This document shows, in pieces, positions 30,081 to 40,323 of a stretch of 64,000 bases of DNA. Numbering within the stretch: the first letter of the stretch is position 1; each line of letters begins with the position of its first letter. The notes beneath the pieces were generated by a model. That model made no database searches and was not told the origin of the DNA. It was given only the letters and a program-made list of their open reading frames with translations. Origin of the DNA: Candidatus Latescibacterota bacterium (GTDB lineage Bacteria; Latescibacterota; CBDEFO01). A program made the position numbers and the translations under genes. The DNA lies in the NCBI GenBank assembly GCA_965248755.1, contig OZ252149.1, forward strand, positions 960,001 to 1,024,000, written 5' to 3'.

Positions 30081-31718
30081 TTGAGCCAATGCTACAAGGT
30101 TGGGATATAACTCGCCTACTTTATGATATTGGGCAATGGCATCCTTGTATTTTCCCTGTTGTTCATAAACGTACCCTAACGCCATTAGAATTGATACCCC
30201 GCTTTCCCCGAGGGAATCCCTTCTTTGCGCCAAAACCTTCCAAGACTCCTCATACATCTTCGCGACTTGCTCGAGTCCTACGAGTTTGATCCTGGGATGC
30301 ACTGTGTGTACGACATCAAACTCATATTGGGCAATGGCATCCTTATATATCCCTTGTCGATAAGCATCTCCAAACGCTATTAGTCGGGAACCTTCTCGCT
30401 CCTTCCAGACCTCTTCATACAACTGGAAGCCTTGATTATATTCTCCCAGTTTGATCTTATATAGCCCCATTTCTACGGTCGCATACTTTGCCAAATATGA
30501 ACCTGAGTCCACAATATTGAGTATCTGCTCACAACTCGTAATAGCTTTTTGATATTCCCCCAAGGCATCATACGCATTAGCCATCACCTGTTGGGCCTGG
30601 CATCTTACAATCTCTGATGATGAAAGATGCACAAGTCTTTCCATTGTCTGAATCACTTTCTGATACTGTCCAGACTGCCAATAAAATCTGCCCAGAAGGT
30701 ACACCGCCCGTCTTCTTTGCCTATCTTCCTTGCGGATCTCGACCCACTCTTCCAATTTTGCCTGAGCTTCAGTTATCTTGCCTTCGGAGATAAGGCCATA
30801 AATATCCTGAAGTTCTAAGTCCTCCTGCGGCTCCATGGTCACCACCAGCTCCTGTGAACCTTGTTCTACTTTCACCTTCCCGACGACTAAGTCTACCATC
30901 TCCGAAGACTCTGTAACACCTTCTATCTGTACCACCCCGTAGGGACCCCCACTCTCGGTTCCCATCTGTACGACCTCGTAGGGATACCCACTCTCGGTTT
31001 CCTTATACCTAATCCAACTTAATACATTATCACGTTCTCCCCCATCATCATCATCTACAATTCTCACATTCAAACCGATTTGAGTTCCTTGAACGAATTG
31101 CCTTAAACCTAATACTTCTTTTGGTATACGCACTTCAACTGTATATCCGGTATCTGTCTGCTTAACTCCTGCCTCTACTCCTAAAAGCTCCCATATATAC
31201 GGAATCTCCTGCGCATAGGGATATGGCTCGACATTGAAAAAGACACCCGCACCTTCCAGATGAACCTTTCCCGGTGCGTCCATCACAATCCGTATCTCCC
31301 CGTCGTTGAGATCAAAATAGTCCTTCTCTTTCCCCCGCAACACTTGTACGTTCCCGTCCAGATCCCCATTAAAAGACACCTCCACAACATCATCCTGAAA
31401 CCATTTTCTGCCCCATGTAGTGCCTGAACAGACCAGGTCGTCGCTTACCTTAACCCCTATATACAGGTGATCCCTTCCCACAAAAGTCCGGAATCTTCCC
31501 GAAATGTCTGCCGCATCTGCTGTGGGTCCAAACCAGAAATGTTCAATATTGACTGCCTCTAACCCTATCTTGTCCCAGTCTGCTAAATCCCCATTTAGAG
31601 TAATCTTTAGATCTTCAACCAAAATGGTGGAGTAAGTTGTTCCTACAACATCGGACCAGGCTGAAAAAGGGAACGAAAGTGCAAGCGCCAAAGCTACTAT
31701 ACTGATCTTCCAATCCAT
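29901..31718 (-). CDS. Exported CBM9-like (DOMON-like sugar-binding) + TPR protein, copy A
   Basis: Signal peptide MDWKISIV (SD AGGAGG); ITLNGDLADW, LYIGVKVSDD, DVVEVSF, YTVEVRIP and GLNVRIVDDD motifs; multiple TPRs. Confidence 0.85.
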   Translation of the reverse strand: MDWKISIVALALALSFPFSAWSDVVGTTYSTILVEDLKITLNGDLADWDKIGLEAVNIEHFWFGPTADAADISGRFRTFVGRDHLYIGVKVSDDLVCSGTTWGRKWFQDDVVEVSFNGDLDGNVQVLRGKEKDYFDLNDGEIRIVMDAPGKVHLEGAGVFFNVEPYPYAQEIPYIWELLGVEAGVKQTDTGYTVEVRIPKEVLGLRQFVQGTQIGLNVRIVDDDDGGERDNVLSWIRYKETESGYPYEVVQMGTESGGPYGVVQIEGVTESSEMVDLVVGKVKVEQGSQELVVTMEPQEDLELQDIYGLISEGKITEAQAKLEEWVEIRKEDRQRRRAVYLLGRFYWQSGQYQKVIQTMERLVHLSSSEIVRCQAQQVMANAYDALGEYQKAITSCEQILNIVDSGSYLAKYATVEMGLYKIKLGEYNQGFQLYEEVWKEREGSRLIAFGDAYRQGIYKDAIAQYEFDVVHTVHPRIKLVGLEQVAKMYEESWKVLAQRRDSLGESGVSILMALGYVYEQQGKYKDAIAQYHKVGELYPNLVALAQYSIGQINFRVGEYEQAKEILEKLIDEHVNYPELVRKSRRVLLMIHKRSGGTLLDRSNQF

Positions 31719-31736
31719 GCTAATCCTCCTTTGCAT

Positions 31737-32404
31737 TTATTTTAGCAAAACCATTTTCCTTGTCTTCACAAATTTTCCTGCAGCTAGTTTGAAGAAATAC
31801 ACTCCGCTGGCGACCTTCTGTTCCTGATCATCCAAGCCATTCCATATGACGGAGTAATAATCAGGCGCCTGGGGCTCATTCACCAATGTCCGTATCTTCT
31901 GCCCCATAATGTGAATATCTTCAATTGCGTGGGAACAGTTTCAGTTCCTCCCAATGTATACTGAATCACTGTAACTGGATTGAACGGATTGGGTGCGTTC
32001 TGCGTGAGCGCGAAGGACTTTGGACGAGCCTTTTTAATCTCTACCAACACCTCGAATGTCCAAGTACGGCCATCCGCAACGCTTAACACTATTGGTAGCT
32101 CGAAGGTTTCACCCACCACTTCTTCCTCCACATACATGGGAATCGTTAGTTTTTCTGTTCCAGTAGACCTTTTAGGTATATCTATCCGCTTCACTAGTTC
32201 TCCGATCTGAACCCACTCGGGTAGATCTTTCGCTCTCACTTCAACCCCTACCCCCTTTAAAGTCAATTCTCCCTCATTTACTACTGAAAGAAATACTAAG
32301 TTATCACCTTCATATAAACCCAACACCGGCAATTCATCTCCCTGCACTACTCCAAGAAACATTACCAGCATCAATAATCCTATGAAATAAATTATGCGAA
32401 TCAT
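31737..32404 (-). pseudogene. T9SS-type C-terminal sorting (FlgD-Ig) domain protein, copy A, 1-bp deletion
   Basis: Paralog of 36604..37272; one T missing near 31910 (ATAATGTGAAT vs ATAATGTTGAAT); 668 vs 669 nt. Confidence 0.88.
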
Positions 32405-33015
32405 CGAACCCTCCTTCTTTTGTAGGCTTACTAATTCATAAGAAATTCTTTTTTTTTCTACTAGAATAAATACGTCTTCTCGATCACATCTGCCATCGAC
32501 AATACTATAGTACAATTCCAACCCTTTTTTGATGATAAAATATATATATTTTACAAATATTTAGTATTTATCAATCATTCTACAAATACTATAAGAAATT
32601 TATATCACTGTCATAGTATAGATACGTGAGAGAGACAAAACATCCAAAACTTTTTTGAGTTTTTATAAATTCAAGATAGAGTACAATACCTTAAAGAAAG
32701 TATTAATAAAATTAAGAGTTTAGATGATATATAGAATTTTTGAGGACTTTGAGTGATTTCACAGATTTCAGCCTTTAATCAGCTAGAGTCACTGGAAATG
32801 GAGAGATTTCGCCTACAGATAAACTTAAGGGAAGAGGAAAACAATGTGGGTGAAGTAAGGATGATTTGCCTAAAAGAAATTAGCCTGTGAAAGTAGATAC
32901 GTCAACTGGGGATGGGATCATGCACTTCTTCAAGAAAATCTGACACAGTAGCATCGATTTTAGAAGAGTGCAATTCATACCACTTCGATCTGGAAATATG
33001 GAATCCATACATATA

Positions 33016-33843
33016 TTACTCAGAATTCACAGGGCTCTGTGACTCGTTTTTTGATTGCCGGGCAGCTCTTATCTTTTCTATAGCCTTCTTTGCATAGATC
33101 CTGTTCTCGTACCTACCACTGTTAGGTTGAACATATGGATCTTGCGCTGCTATCTTCTGCAGAATAGGAATAGTGGAAGCATCCCCAAAAACCTCTAATG
33201 CCACGATATTGGGTGTCCTATATGTGACCTTCGAATCCCCTAAAAGAGAATGAAGACGCTCCCTGATATTATCTTTATCTTCTTTAGTCAAAAAGTTGGG
33301 ATCCAACGTAGCAATCTTCCTGAGTGTTAACATAGCTCCCCTTCTTATTCTTCGTCGGGTACTACCTAGCGAATCAATAATGTCAGGCACTACGGAGCGT
33401 CCAAGTTCCATCAAACCCCAAGCTACTCCTCGTCCATACTTCATGCCTTCAAGCTGAATAGCTTTGGAGCGCTCATCGCCTATTCTACCCAACAGCTCTA
33501 GAATTCCTAATGTACTTTCCGCTTGTAATTCCCCTGGTGGCCCCTTTAATAGAGGTTCCGTCTCTAGTTCATTGAATCTGTATATTAACGCAGGCACAGC
33601 TGGCCTGACTGCGTCTTTACCCTCTCTACCGAGAAGTCTCCACAATTTAGTAATCACAATGCTTGCAGAACGAAGATCGCCGTGCTTGATTATTTGGGCA
33701 TCATCATCTGAAAAAGACCAGCCCTCCACATCAAATAAGGTTCTTTGCTCTTGAGCATCCCCTTGTGTACTTAGCCAATTGGTAGCGGAGAGAACTAAAG
33801 TGACACATACGAAGAAAAGTAGCAGAGAGTATTTTCGTTTCAT
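33016..33843 (-). CDS. Exported HEAT-repeat protein (candidate partner or immunity protein of the M15 peptidase)
   Basis: Signal peptide; PAVPALI, LLGRIGDER, ALEVFGDASTIPIL and AKKAIEKI HEAT-like helices. Confidence 0.72.
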   Translation of the reverse strand: MKRKYSLLLFFVCVTLVLSATNWLSTQGDAQEQRTLFDVEGWSFSDDDAQIIKHGDLRSASIVITKLWRLLGREGKDAVRPAVPALIYRFNELETEPLLKGPPGELQAESTLGILELLGRIGDERSKAIQLEGMKYGRGVAWGLMELGRSVVPDIIDSLGSTRRRIRRGAMLTLRKIATLDPNFLTKEDKDNIRERLHSLLGDSKVTYRTPNIVALEVFGDASTIPILQKIAAQDPYVQPNSGRYENRIYAKKAIEKIRAARQSKNESQSPVNSE

Positions 33844-33947
33844 CTTATATTCCTTTCGAGGATCTTTAAACTCATCTTTGGAGATGGAAGCGAAGAAGGT
33901 AAATTCTCAATATTCCATCAGCTTGCACATATATCCATGTCCACCTG

Positions 33948-34493
33948 TTAGCAAGGAGGGACAGAACCAGTTCTTAAATGAAGATGATCAGACTTCTTTT
34001 TTACAAAATCAAAGTAAAGATTAACTCCGGTCTCAATTCTATCCCTTTCACTATCAGATGATAGGGATTGCCATAAAGTATCCCCTACACCATACTTCCA
34101 ACCATCACCAGCTGTACCATACATATGGCGACTTTTTGGTGTACCACCTTCATTATCATTCCAATCGGGAGTTCTGTAAATACTTGAGGCAGTAACCTTG
34201 TCATCATACCATTCTCGAAAGCAATCCATGTTATCCATGTGTTCTTGGTTCCATACCCAGTAGTTAGCACCATCGTTACTATTCATCTCGTTCTCTCCGA
34301 AATAAGTAGATGTTTGATCACAAGTAAATTCTGCCCTATCAGGTTCTGGTAAACCCAGAGCTCCGTACTGTGATTGTATCTGATGAATCTCGTCATGCCA
34401 CGAATAAGTATTGCTCCACAAAAGCGCTGCTACTAGTAACACGACAAACAGAATTATGATTTCTCTTGGCTGCATCTTTATCTCCCTTTCCAT
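33948..34493 (-). CDS. Exported peptidase M15A-like (Zn D-Ala-D-Ala peptidase, LAS fold)
   Basis: SSIYRTPDWNDNEGGTPKSRHMYGTAGD (SxHxxGxAxD) and HLHL motifs; signal peptide. Confidence 0.82.
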   Translation of the reverse strand: MEREIKMQPREIIILFVVLLVAALLWSNTYSWHDEIHQIQSQYGALGLPEPDRAEFTCDQTSTYFGENEMNSNDGANYWVWNQEHMDNMDCFREWYDDKVTASSIYRTPDWNDNEGGTPKSRHMYGTAGDGWKYGVGDTLWQSLSSDSERDRIETGVNLYFDFVKKKSDHLHLRTGSVPPC

Positions 34494-34605
34494 TTCACGT
34501 TAAGGTTAGCAACCTTATGGTGTTCTGCTTCGCTATGGACTTGTAGTTCATAAAGATAATACTCCTCTCTTCTGCCGGGAATCTAAGCCAGGATAATTGT
34601 TAGTC

Positions 34606-36585
34606 TTACTGTTCAATTCCCTGCAATTGCAGGAATTCGGAGAAGACTTCCTTAAACACTCCCCGTTTGCGGAACATATCCCCTACAGTGCGAATGAGTC
34701 GGCCATTGAGGCCCTCATGAGCATGGTCAAGGAGATCTTTATATATGGTTGCAGCTTCCTCATATCTGCCAGCATTCACCATATCCAACGCATTTCCGAC
34801 TACCCTCCATTCCTCTCCGGGATAATTTCTTCTCATAGCATAGAGTTGTTCCAAATAAATTTGTGTATTAGCAAGGTACTCTTTAGAAATAACGTCAGCA
34901 TAATTATCCAGTACCTTTTCGAACTCCACGATAGCACGATCAACTTCAAACAGTAACCAGTAATTGTAGCCTATCGAATATTGAGCCGATGCTTCAAGGT
35001 TGGGATATAACTCCATAACTTTCTGATATTGGGCAATGGCCTCTCTATGTCTTCCCTGTTTTTCATAAACAGATACTAGCGCCATTAGAATTGATACCCA
35101 GCTTTGCCCGGGGGAATCTTTTCTACGCTCCAAAACCTCCCAAGACTCTTCATACATCTTCGCCACTTTCTCAAGTCCTACCAGTTTGATCCTGGGATGC
35201 ACTGTTTGTACGACATCACTCTCATATTGGGCGATGGCATCCTTATACATACCCTGTCCTTGATAAGCAGCTCCAAACGCTAATAGTCGAGAACCTTCTC
35301 TTTCCTTCCAGGCCTCTTCATACAGCCGCAAGCCTTGCTCATATTCTCCCAGTTTGATCTTATATAGCCCCATTTCTACGGTCGCATACTTTGCCACATA
35401 TGAACCTGAGTCTACAATATTGAGTATCTGCTCACAACTCGTAATAGCTTTTTGATATTCCCCCAAGGCATCATACGCATTAGCCATCACCTGTAGAGCC
35501 TGGCATCTTACAATCTCTGATGATGAAAGATGCACAAGTTTTTCCATTGTCTGAATCACTTTCTGATACTGTCCAGACTGCCAGTAAAATCTCCCCAGAA
35601 GGTACACCGCCCGTCTTCTTTGCGTATCTTCCTTACGGATCTCGACCCATTCCTCCAATTTGGCCTGAGCTTCAGTTACCTTTCCTTCGGAGATAAGAGC
35701 AGAAATAGCGTGCACTTCTGAGCTCTCCTGCGGCTCCATAGTCACCAACAGCTCTTGTGAACCTTCTTCTACTTTCACCTCCCCAACAACTAAATCTACC
35801 AACTCGGAAGCCGCTGGAACTGCTTCTACCTGTACTATCCCATAGGGTATCGTACCCTCGGTTTCCTTTTCTCTAGTCCAACTTAAAACATTGTCATGTT
35901 CTCCCCCATCATCATCATCTATAATTCGCACATTCAAACCGATCTGGGTTCCTTGAACGAATTGCTCCACACCTAATACTTCTTTAGGTATACGCATTTC
36001 AACTATATATCCTGTATCTGTACGCTTAACTACTGCCTCTACTCCTAAAAGCTCCCATGTATACGGAATCTCCTGATCGTAGGGATCTGTCACGGGATAG
36101 AAAAAGACTCCTGAACCTTCCAGATGAACCTTTCCCGGTGCGTCCGCCACAATCTGTATCTCCCCGTCGTTGAGATCGAAATAGTCCTTCTCCCATATCT
36201 CAAACACCGGTATCTTGTCAGCGTCCAGATCCCCATTAAAAGATATCTGCACGACATCATCCTGAAACCATTTTCTGCCCCATGTAGTGCCTGAGCACAC
36301 CAGGTCGTCGCTTACCTTAACCCCTATATATAGGTGATCCCTACTCACAAAAGTCCGGAAGTTTCCCGAAATGTCTGCCGCATCTGTTGTGGGTCCAAAC
36401 CAGAAATGTTCAATATTGACTGGCTCTAACCCTATCTTCTCCCAGTCTGCTAAATCCCCATTTAAAGTAATCTTTGGATCTTCAACCAAAATGGTGGAGT
36501 AAGTTGTTCCTACAACATCGGACCAGGCTGAAAAAGGGAACGAAAGTGCAAGCGCCAAAGCTACTATACTGATCTTCCAATCCAT
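34606..36585 (-). CDS. Exported CBM9-like + TPR protein, copy B
   Basis: Highly similar to copy A up to AQYSIG, then an unrelated ~120-aa tail. Confidence 0.88.
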   Translation of the reverse strand: MDWKISIVALALALSFPFSAWSDVVGTTYSTILVEDPKITLNGDLADWEKIGLEPVNIEHFWFGPTTDAADISGNFRTFVSRDHLYIGVKVSDDLVCSGTTWGRKWFQDDVVQISFNGDLDADKIPVFEIWEKDYFDLNDGEIQIVADAPGKVHLEGSGVFFYPVTDPYDQEIPYTWELLGVEAVVKRTDTGYIVEMRIPKEVLGVEQFVQGTQIGLNVRIIDDDDGGEHDNVLSWTREKETEGTIPYGIVQVEAVPAASELVDLVVGEVKVEEGSQELLVTMEPQESSEVHAISALISEGKVTEAQAKLEEWVEIRKEDTQRRRAVYLLGRFYWQSGQYQKVIQTMEKLVHLSSSEIVRCQALQVMANAYDALGEYQKAITSCEQILNIVDSGSYVAKYATVEMGLYKIKLGEYEQGLRLYEEAWKEREGSRLLAFGAAYQGQGMYKDAIAQYESDVVQTVHPRIKLVGLEKVAKMYEESWEVLERRKDSPGQSWVSILMALVSVYEKQGRHREAIAQYQKVMELYPNLEASAQYSIGYNYWLLFEVDRAIVEFEKVLDNYADVISKEYLANTQIYLEQLYAMRRNYPGEEWRVVGNALDMVNAGRYEEAATIYKDLLDHAHEGLNGRLIRTVGDMFRKRGVFKEVFSEFLQLQGIEQ

Positions 36586-36603
36586 GCTAATCCTCCTTTT
36601 CAT

Positions 36604-37272
36604 TTATTTTAGCAAAACCATTTTCCTTGTCTTCACAAATTTTCCTGCAGCTAGTTTGAAGAAATACACTCCGGTGGCGACCTTTTGTTCGTGATCATCC
36701 AAGCCATTCCATATGACGGAGTAATAATCTGGCGCCTGGGGCTCATTGACCAATGTCCGTATCTTCTGCCCCATAATGTTGAATATATTCAATTGCGTGG
36801 GAACAGTTTCAGTTCCTCCCAATGTATACTGAATCACTGTAACTGGATTGAACGGATTGGGTGCGTTCTGCATGAGCGCGAAGGACTTTGGACGAGCCTT
36901 TTTAATCTCTACCAACACCTCGAACGTCCACGTACGGCCATCTGCAACGCTCAACACTATTGGTAGCTCGAAGGCTTCACCCACCATTTTTCCCTCCACA
37001 AACATGGGAATCATCAGCTTTTCTGTTCCAGTAGACGTTTTAGGTATATCTATCCGCTTCACTGCTTCTCCGATCTGAACCCACTCGGGTAGATCTTTCG
37101 CTCTTACTTCCACCCCAACCCCCTTTAAAGTCAATTCTCCCTCATTTACTACTGAAAGAAATACTAAGTTATCACCTTCATATAACACCAATACTGGCAT
37201 TTCGTCTCCCTGCACTACTCCAACAAACGTTACTAGCATCAAAAGTCCCGTGAAATAAATTCTGCGAACCAT
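36604..37272 (-). CDS. Exported protein with T9SS-type C-terminal sorting (FlgD-Ig) domain, copy B (intact)
   Basis: Signal peptide; QNAPNPFNP...YNIMGQKIRTL-type segment...WNGLD...ATGVYF...TRKMVLLK. Confidence 0.88.
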   Translation of the reverse strand: MVRRIYFTGLLMLVTFVGVVQGDEMPVLVLYEGDNLVFLSVVNEGELTLKGVGVEVRAKDLPEWVQIGEAVKRIDIPKTSTGTEKLMIPMFVEGKMVGEAFELPIVLSVADGRTWTFEVLVEIKKARPKSFALMQNAPNPFNPVTVIQYTLGGTETVPTQLNIFNIMGQKIRTLVNEPQAPDYYSVIWNGLDDHEQKVATGVYFFKLAAGKFVKTRKMVLLK

Positions 37273-37626
37273 CGAACCCTCCTTACTTTTATAGGGTTAC
37301 TACTTCATAAGAAATTCTTTTTTCTTCTACTAGAATATATACGTCTTCTCGATTTATCTTTAATCACCGACAGTATACGACAAGTTCAGTCCTTTGTCAA
37401 GACTTTTTTTGGTATTATTTTGATAATACCTATATATTTTACAAGTTGTTATATATGTCCAGTATTCTATAAATACTACAATAACTATATGTAAAAATAG
37501 ACCATCCCTGCATTAGATTACTGCCCCTGTATGAGAGCAATCTTAGATGGACACTTTGTCGAACACTACCGGGAAATTATCTTCCAACCTGTTTCTCTTC
37601 CCTATAGTCTATCATCTTTTTCAGCA

Positions 37627-39054
37627 TCATATCCTGTCAGCCGTAGAAAGGAGGAACGACTCGATCTCCTCCCTGTATTCACACCCCTTCTTCGATTCCC
37701 TGAATGTCGTAAGCCACGTTCTCATCTTTTTTGATCCCTCTGCTTTTCCGTTCAACTCGATCAGGCCCTGCAAGATGCCCTTGAACGCTCTAAAAGGTGT
37801 CATTACCCCGATGTGCAGAGCCTGTGCTTCCTCAGATTCCGCATCTGTCGCCTTTAACGTTATCAATCTATGAATAAATTCAGGAACGTCCACACCGTCC
37901 TCGTAGCCCTTGACCATAGTCAACTTAACGCTGATTTCCCCCGCAGTGGTCTGACCACCTGTAGCCGAGTTCCGCCTGAAGACAAAATCCCCGCCGTTGA
38001 TCCATAGCCCCTTGGACAGAATCGACCGCCCCTTTTCCGGATCGGAATAGATAGTCAAGATCTTGGCGATCTCCTCGCTTACGCTGCCCGAATCCTCCTC
38101 ATCCAGCAACTCGTGATCATCCTTGCTGTGCCACACTATAAACCTATCACCATTTTCCGAATACTTCATGTGTAGCTCTTTATATCCATCCAGCCACTCT
38201 TCAGCCACAATCCCGATCTTGATAGATTCCTGGCTCCTTTTCGCTTGGGAAAACCCGAATAAGTAGGGCTGGGGCACATAGCTGCCATTTACGGCGTAGC
38301 ATTCCGCAGCAGTCCGATACGCTCCGAGCAGCACATCGCTGCTTGGTTCGTTTTTGGCCGCGTGCAGGGCGAACTCTGCGTTCTGTTCCCTGTCCTTTAG
38401 CTCCACCCTTATATGAAAGACGCCTGTAAATTTCCCCTCAGCTATAGACTGCATCTCTACATCCCTAATGTCTTTAAGATCCACCCTCTCTCTGAGAAGG
38501 CACTCAAGAACATGCAGGAGATACCTCGCCCCGTCTCCGGACAGATGGCGATGGACCACAGCCCTCATCTGCTGCGGAGCGATCCCCTCTTCCAAATAGG
38601 CGTTGATGTCGAATCTCTCCTCTCCTCTATCAGGATAGAAGGGCTTAGATTTGAAAGCCACCTGCTCTCCACGGGCGTCAATTATTCTCCAATATCGGCC
38701 TATTTCCATCTCAAACTGACGAATCTTGAGATAATCAGACGCCTTAAGAAACGCTGTAAAGGCTCCATAAGAGGCAAGCTGACCTAAACACTTCATAACG
38801 CCCTGAATGCGCTCCTCTAACGTCTGATCTTTCAATAATATCAGCTTCTCGACAAGCTCTTTCTCTTTGCTGTTCGCCTTCAACCATCCATCCAGATATG
38901 AACTCCGTCCATCCGCTTCCGTTCCATTGAAGACATCTATGGCGTCTACCAGTAAGACGCTAATTGAGATCCAGGGGTCCATGTCGGGGTTGATCCCCAT
39001 GAGACGATCATATAATGGATGTTGTCTGATGAAGCGATCCATGTAGCCTCGCAT
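37627..39054 (-). CDS. Hypothetical protein with possible atypical kinase-like C-terminal domain
   Basis: Long ORF in operon after oppB; IAEGKFTGVF, FALHAAK, VPQPY, AEEWLDG and NGGDFVF segments. Confidence 0.6.
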   Translation of the reverse strand: MRGYMDRFIRQHPLYDRLMGINPDMDPWISISVLLVDAIDVFNGTEADGRSSYLDGWLKANSKEKELVEKLILLKDQTLEERIQGVMKCLGQLASYGAFTAFLKASDYLKIRQFEMEIGRYWRIIDARGEQVAFKSKPFYPDRGEERFDINAYLEEGIAPQQMRAVVHRHLSGDGARYLLHVLECLLRERVDLKDIRDVEMQSIAEGKFTGVFHIRVELKDREQNAEFALHAAKNEPSSDVLLGAYRTAAECYAVNGSYVPQPYLFGFSQAKRSQESIKIGIVAEEWLDGYKELHMKYSENGDRFIVWHSKDDHELLDEEDSGSVSEEIAKILTIYSDPEKGRSILSKGLWINGGDFVFRRNSATGGQTTAGEISVKLTMVKGYEDGVDVPEFIHRLITLKATDAESEEAQALHIGVMTPFRAFKGILQGLIELNGKAEGSKKMRTWLTTFRESKKGCEYREEIESFLLSTADRI

Positions 39055-39094
39055 CTTCCCGTGGAAACGGGAATCCAGCCTTATTATTTCACAA

Positions 39095-40105
39095 TCACTG
39101 CATCCTTACCCTGGGATCAGTTAGTGCGAGCAGAATATCCGCCAGCAGATTCCCGGCTATCAACAGCATAGCCCCCATGGTCAGACTCCCCATTACCAAG
39201 AACATATCCTGACTCAACACAGCATCCAGGATAAGCTTTCCGAGTCCCGGCCACGAGACGATAGCCTCCGTTATTCCCGCTCCGGATAATAGACCCGATA
39301 TTTGATACCCGAATATGGTCACAAAGGGATTTATGGCGTTCCTGAGAGCGTGCTTGTAGATGACGATCTTCTCCGACAGCCCCTTGCTCCTGGCTGTGGT
39401 CACAAAGTTCTCCTTCAACGCCTCAAGCATGTAGCCCCGCATCAATCTCACCAGCCCCGCCATTCCCCCTGTGCCCAGAACTACCGTAGGAATTATAAGA
39501 TAATGCAGCCTTTGCAGGATCTTCCCGAAGGCGCTGAAAGAATCGTAGTCCGAGCCGTACAGTCCCCCTATGGGGAACCATCCCGTCACAGATGCGATAT
39601 AGAGGAGAATGAAAGCCAGAAAGAAATTGGGCACCGACATGCCAAAGAAGGCTAAAAAGGAGAGGATCCTGTCCATCCACGTATGCTGATGAACCGCAGA
39701 GTAGATCCCTATCGGGATAGCCAGACCCCACGAGAAGACCATCGCACAGAGGGACAGGATCAAAGTGTTTACTAAACGTCCCTTTATCAGGGTAGATACA
39801 GGAACGTGGTATGTGAAGGAATAGCCAAAGTTGAGCTTAGGCCGTATAATCGGAATGCCCCATACCCTATCTACTATTGGAACTAAAATCTCCTTGAGCC
39901 ATCTGACATACTGTACATAGACAGGCTTATCCAGGGCAAATTCCGCCTCCATCTGCCTTATCGTCTCCTCCTTGATCTCGGGATTCATCTTCAACTGCGT
40001 AAAGTAATTGCCCGGCGCAAGCTGGAGGATCAAAAACGAAAGCAGAGTTATCCCGAACAGAAGGGGGATCGTATGGAGCAGGCGTCTTGCTATGTACCCG
40101 ATCAT
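39095..40105 (-). CDS. Oligopeptide/dipeptide ABC transporter permease (OppB/DppB family)
   Basis: FVTTARSKGLSE...HALRNA EAA motif; WPGLG; DPRVR. Confidence 0.92.
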   Translation of the reverse strand: MIGYIARRLLHTIPLLFGITLLSFLILQLAPGNYFTQLKMNPEIKEETIRQMEAEFALDKPVYVQYVRWLKEILVPIVDRVWGIPIIRPKLNFGYSFTYHVPVSTLIKGRLVNTLILSLCAMVFSWGLAIPIGIYSAVHQHTWMDRILSFLAFFGMSVPNFFLAFILLYIASVTGWFPIGGLYGSDYDSFSAFGKILQRLHYLIIPTVVLGTGGMAGLVRLMRGYMLEALKENFVTTARSKGLSEKIVIYKHALRNAINPFVTIFGYQISGLLSGAGITEAIVSWPGLGKLILDAVLSQDMFLVMGSLTMGAMLLIAGNLLADILLALTDPRVRMQ

Positions 40106-40323
40106 ATTTGACTACCGAATAAGTTGGTAGAACAGACATTTTTGTCTGTTCAGTAGACAGGTGAGATTGCTTTGTCAGACAGGAATGTCTGACCCACCAG
40201 GTTTCACCCCTTGCGATGACTGAAGGCCAAAGCCAAGCAACGTCATTGCAAGCAACCTCCGATTGAATCTATCGGGGGGAAGCAATTTACGTTAGACTGC
40301 CTCTCCTCCCTGTATGCTGTTTA

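Noticed and set aside
32520..33000. AT-rich spacer between the two cassettes as ncRNA or gene
   Set aside because: No convincing ORF or structure; partly the duplicated promoter region
29771..37352. Diversity-generating retroelement template/variable repeats
   Set aside because: No reverse transcriptase in the window; the large duplications cover whole genes with indels, and two mismatches in the 154-bp repeat are too few to infer adenine-specific mutagenesis
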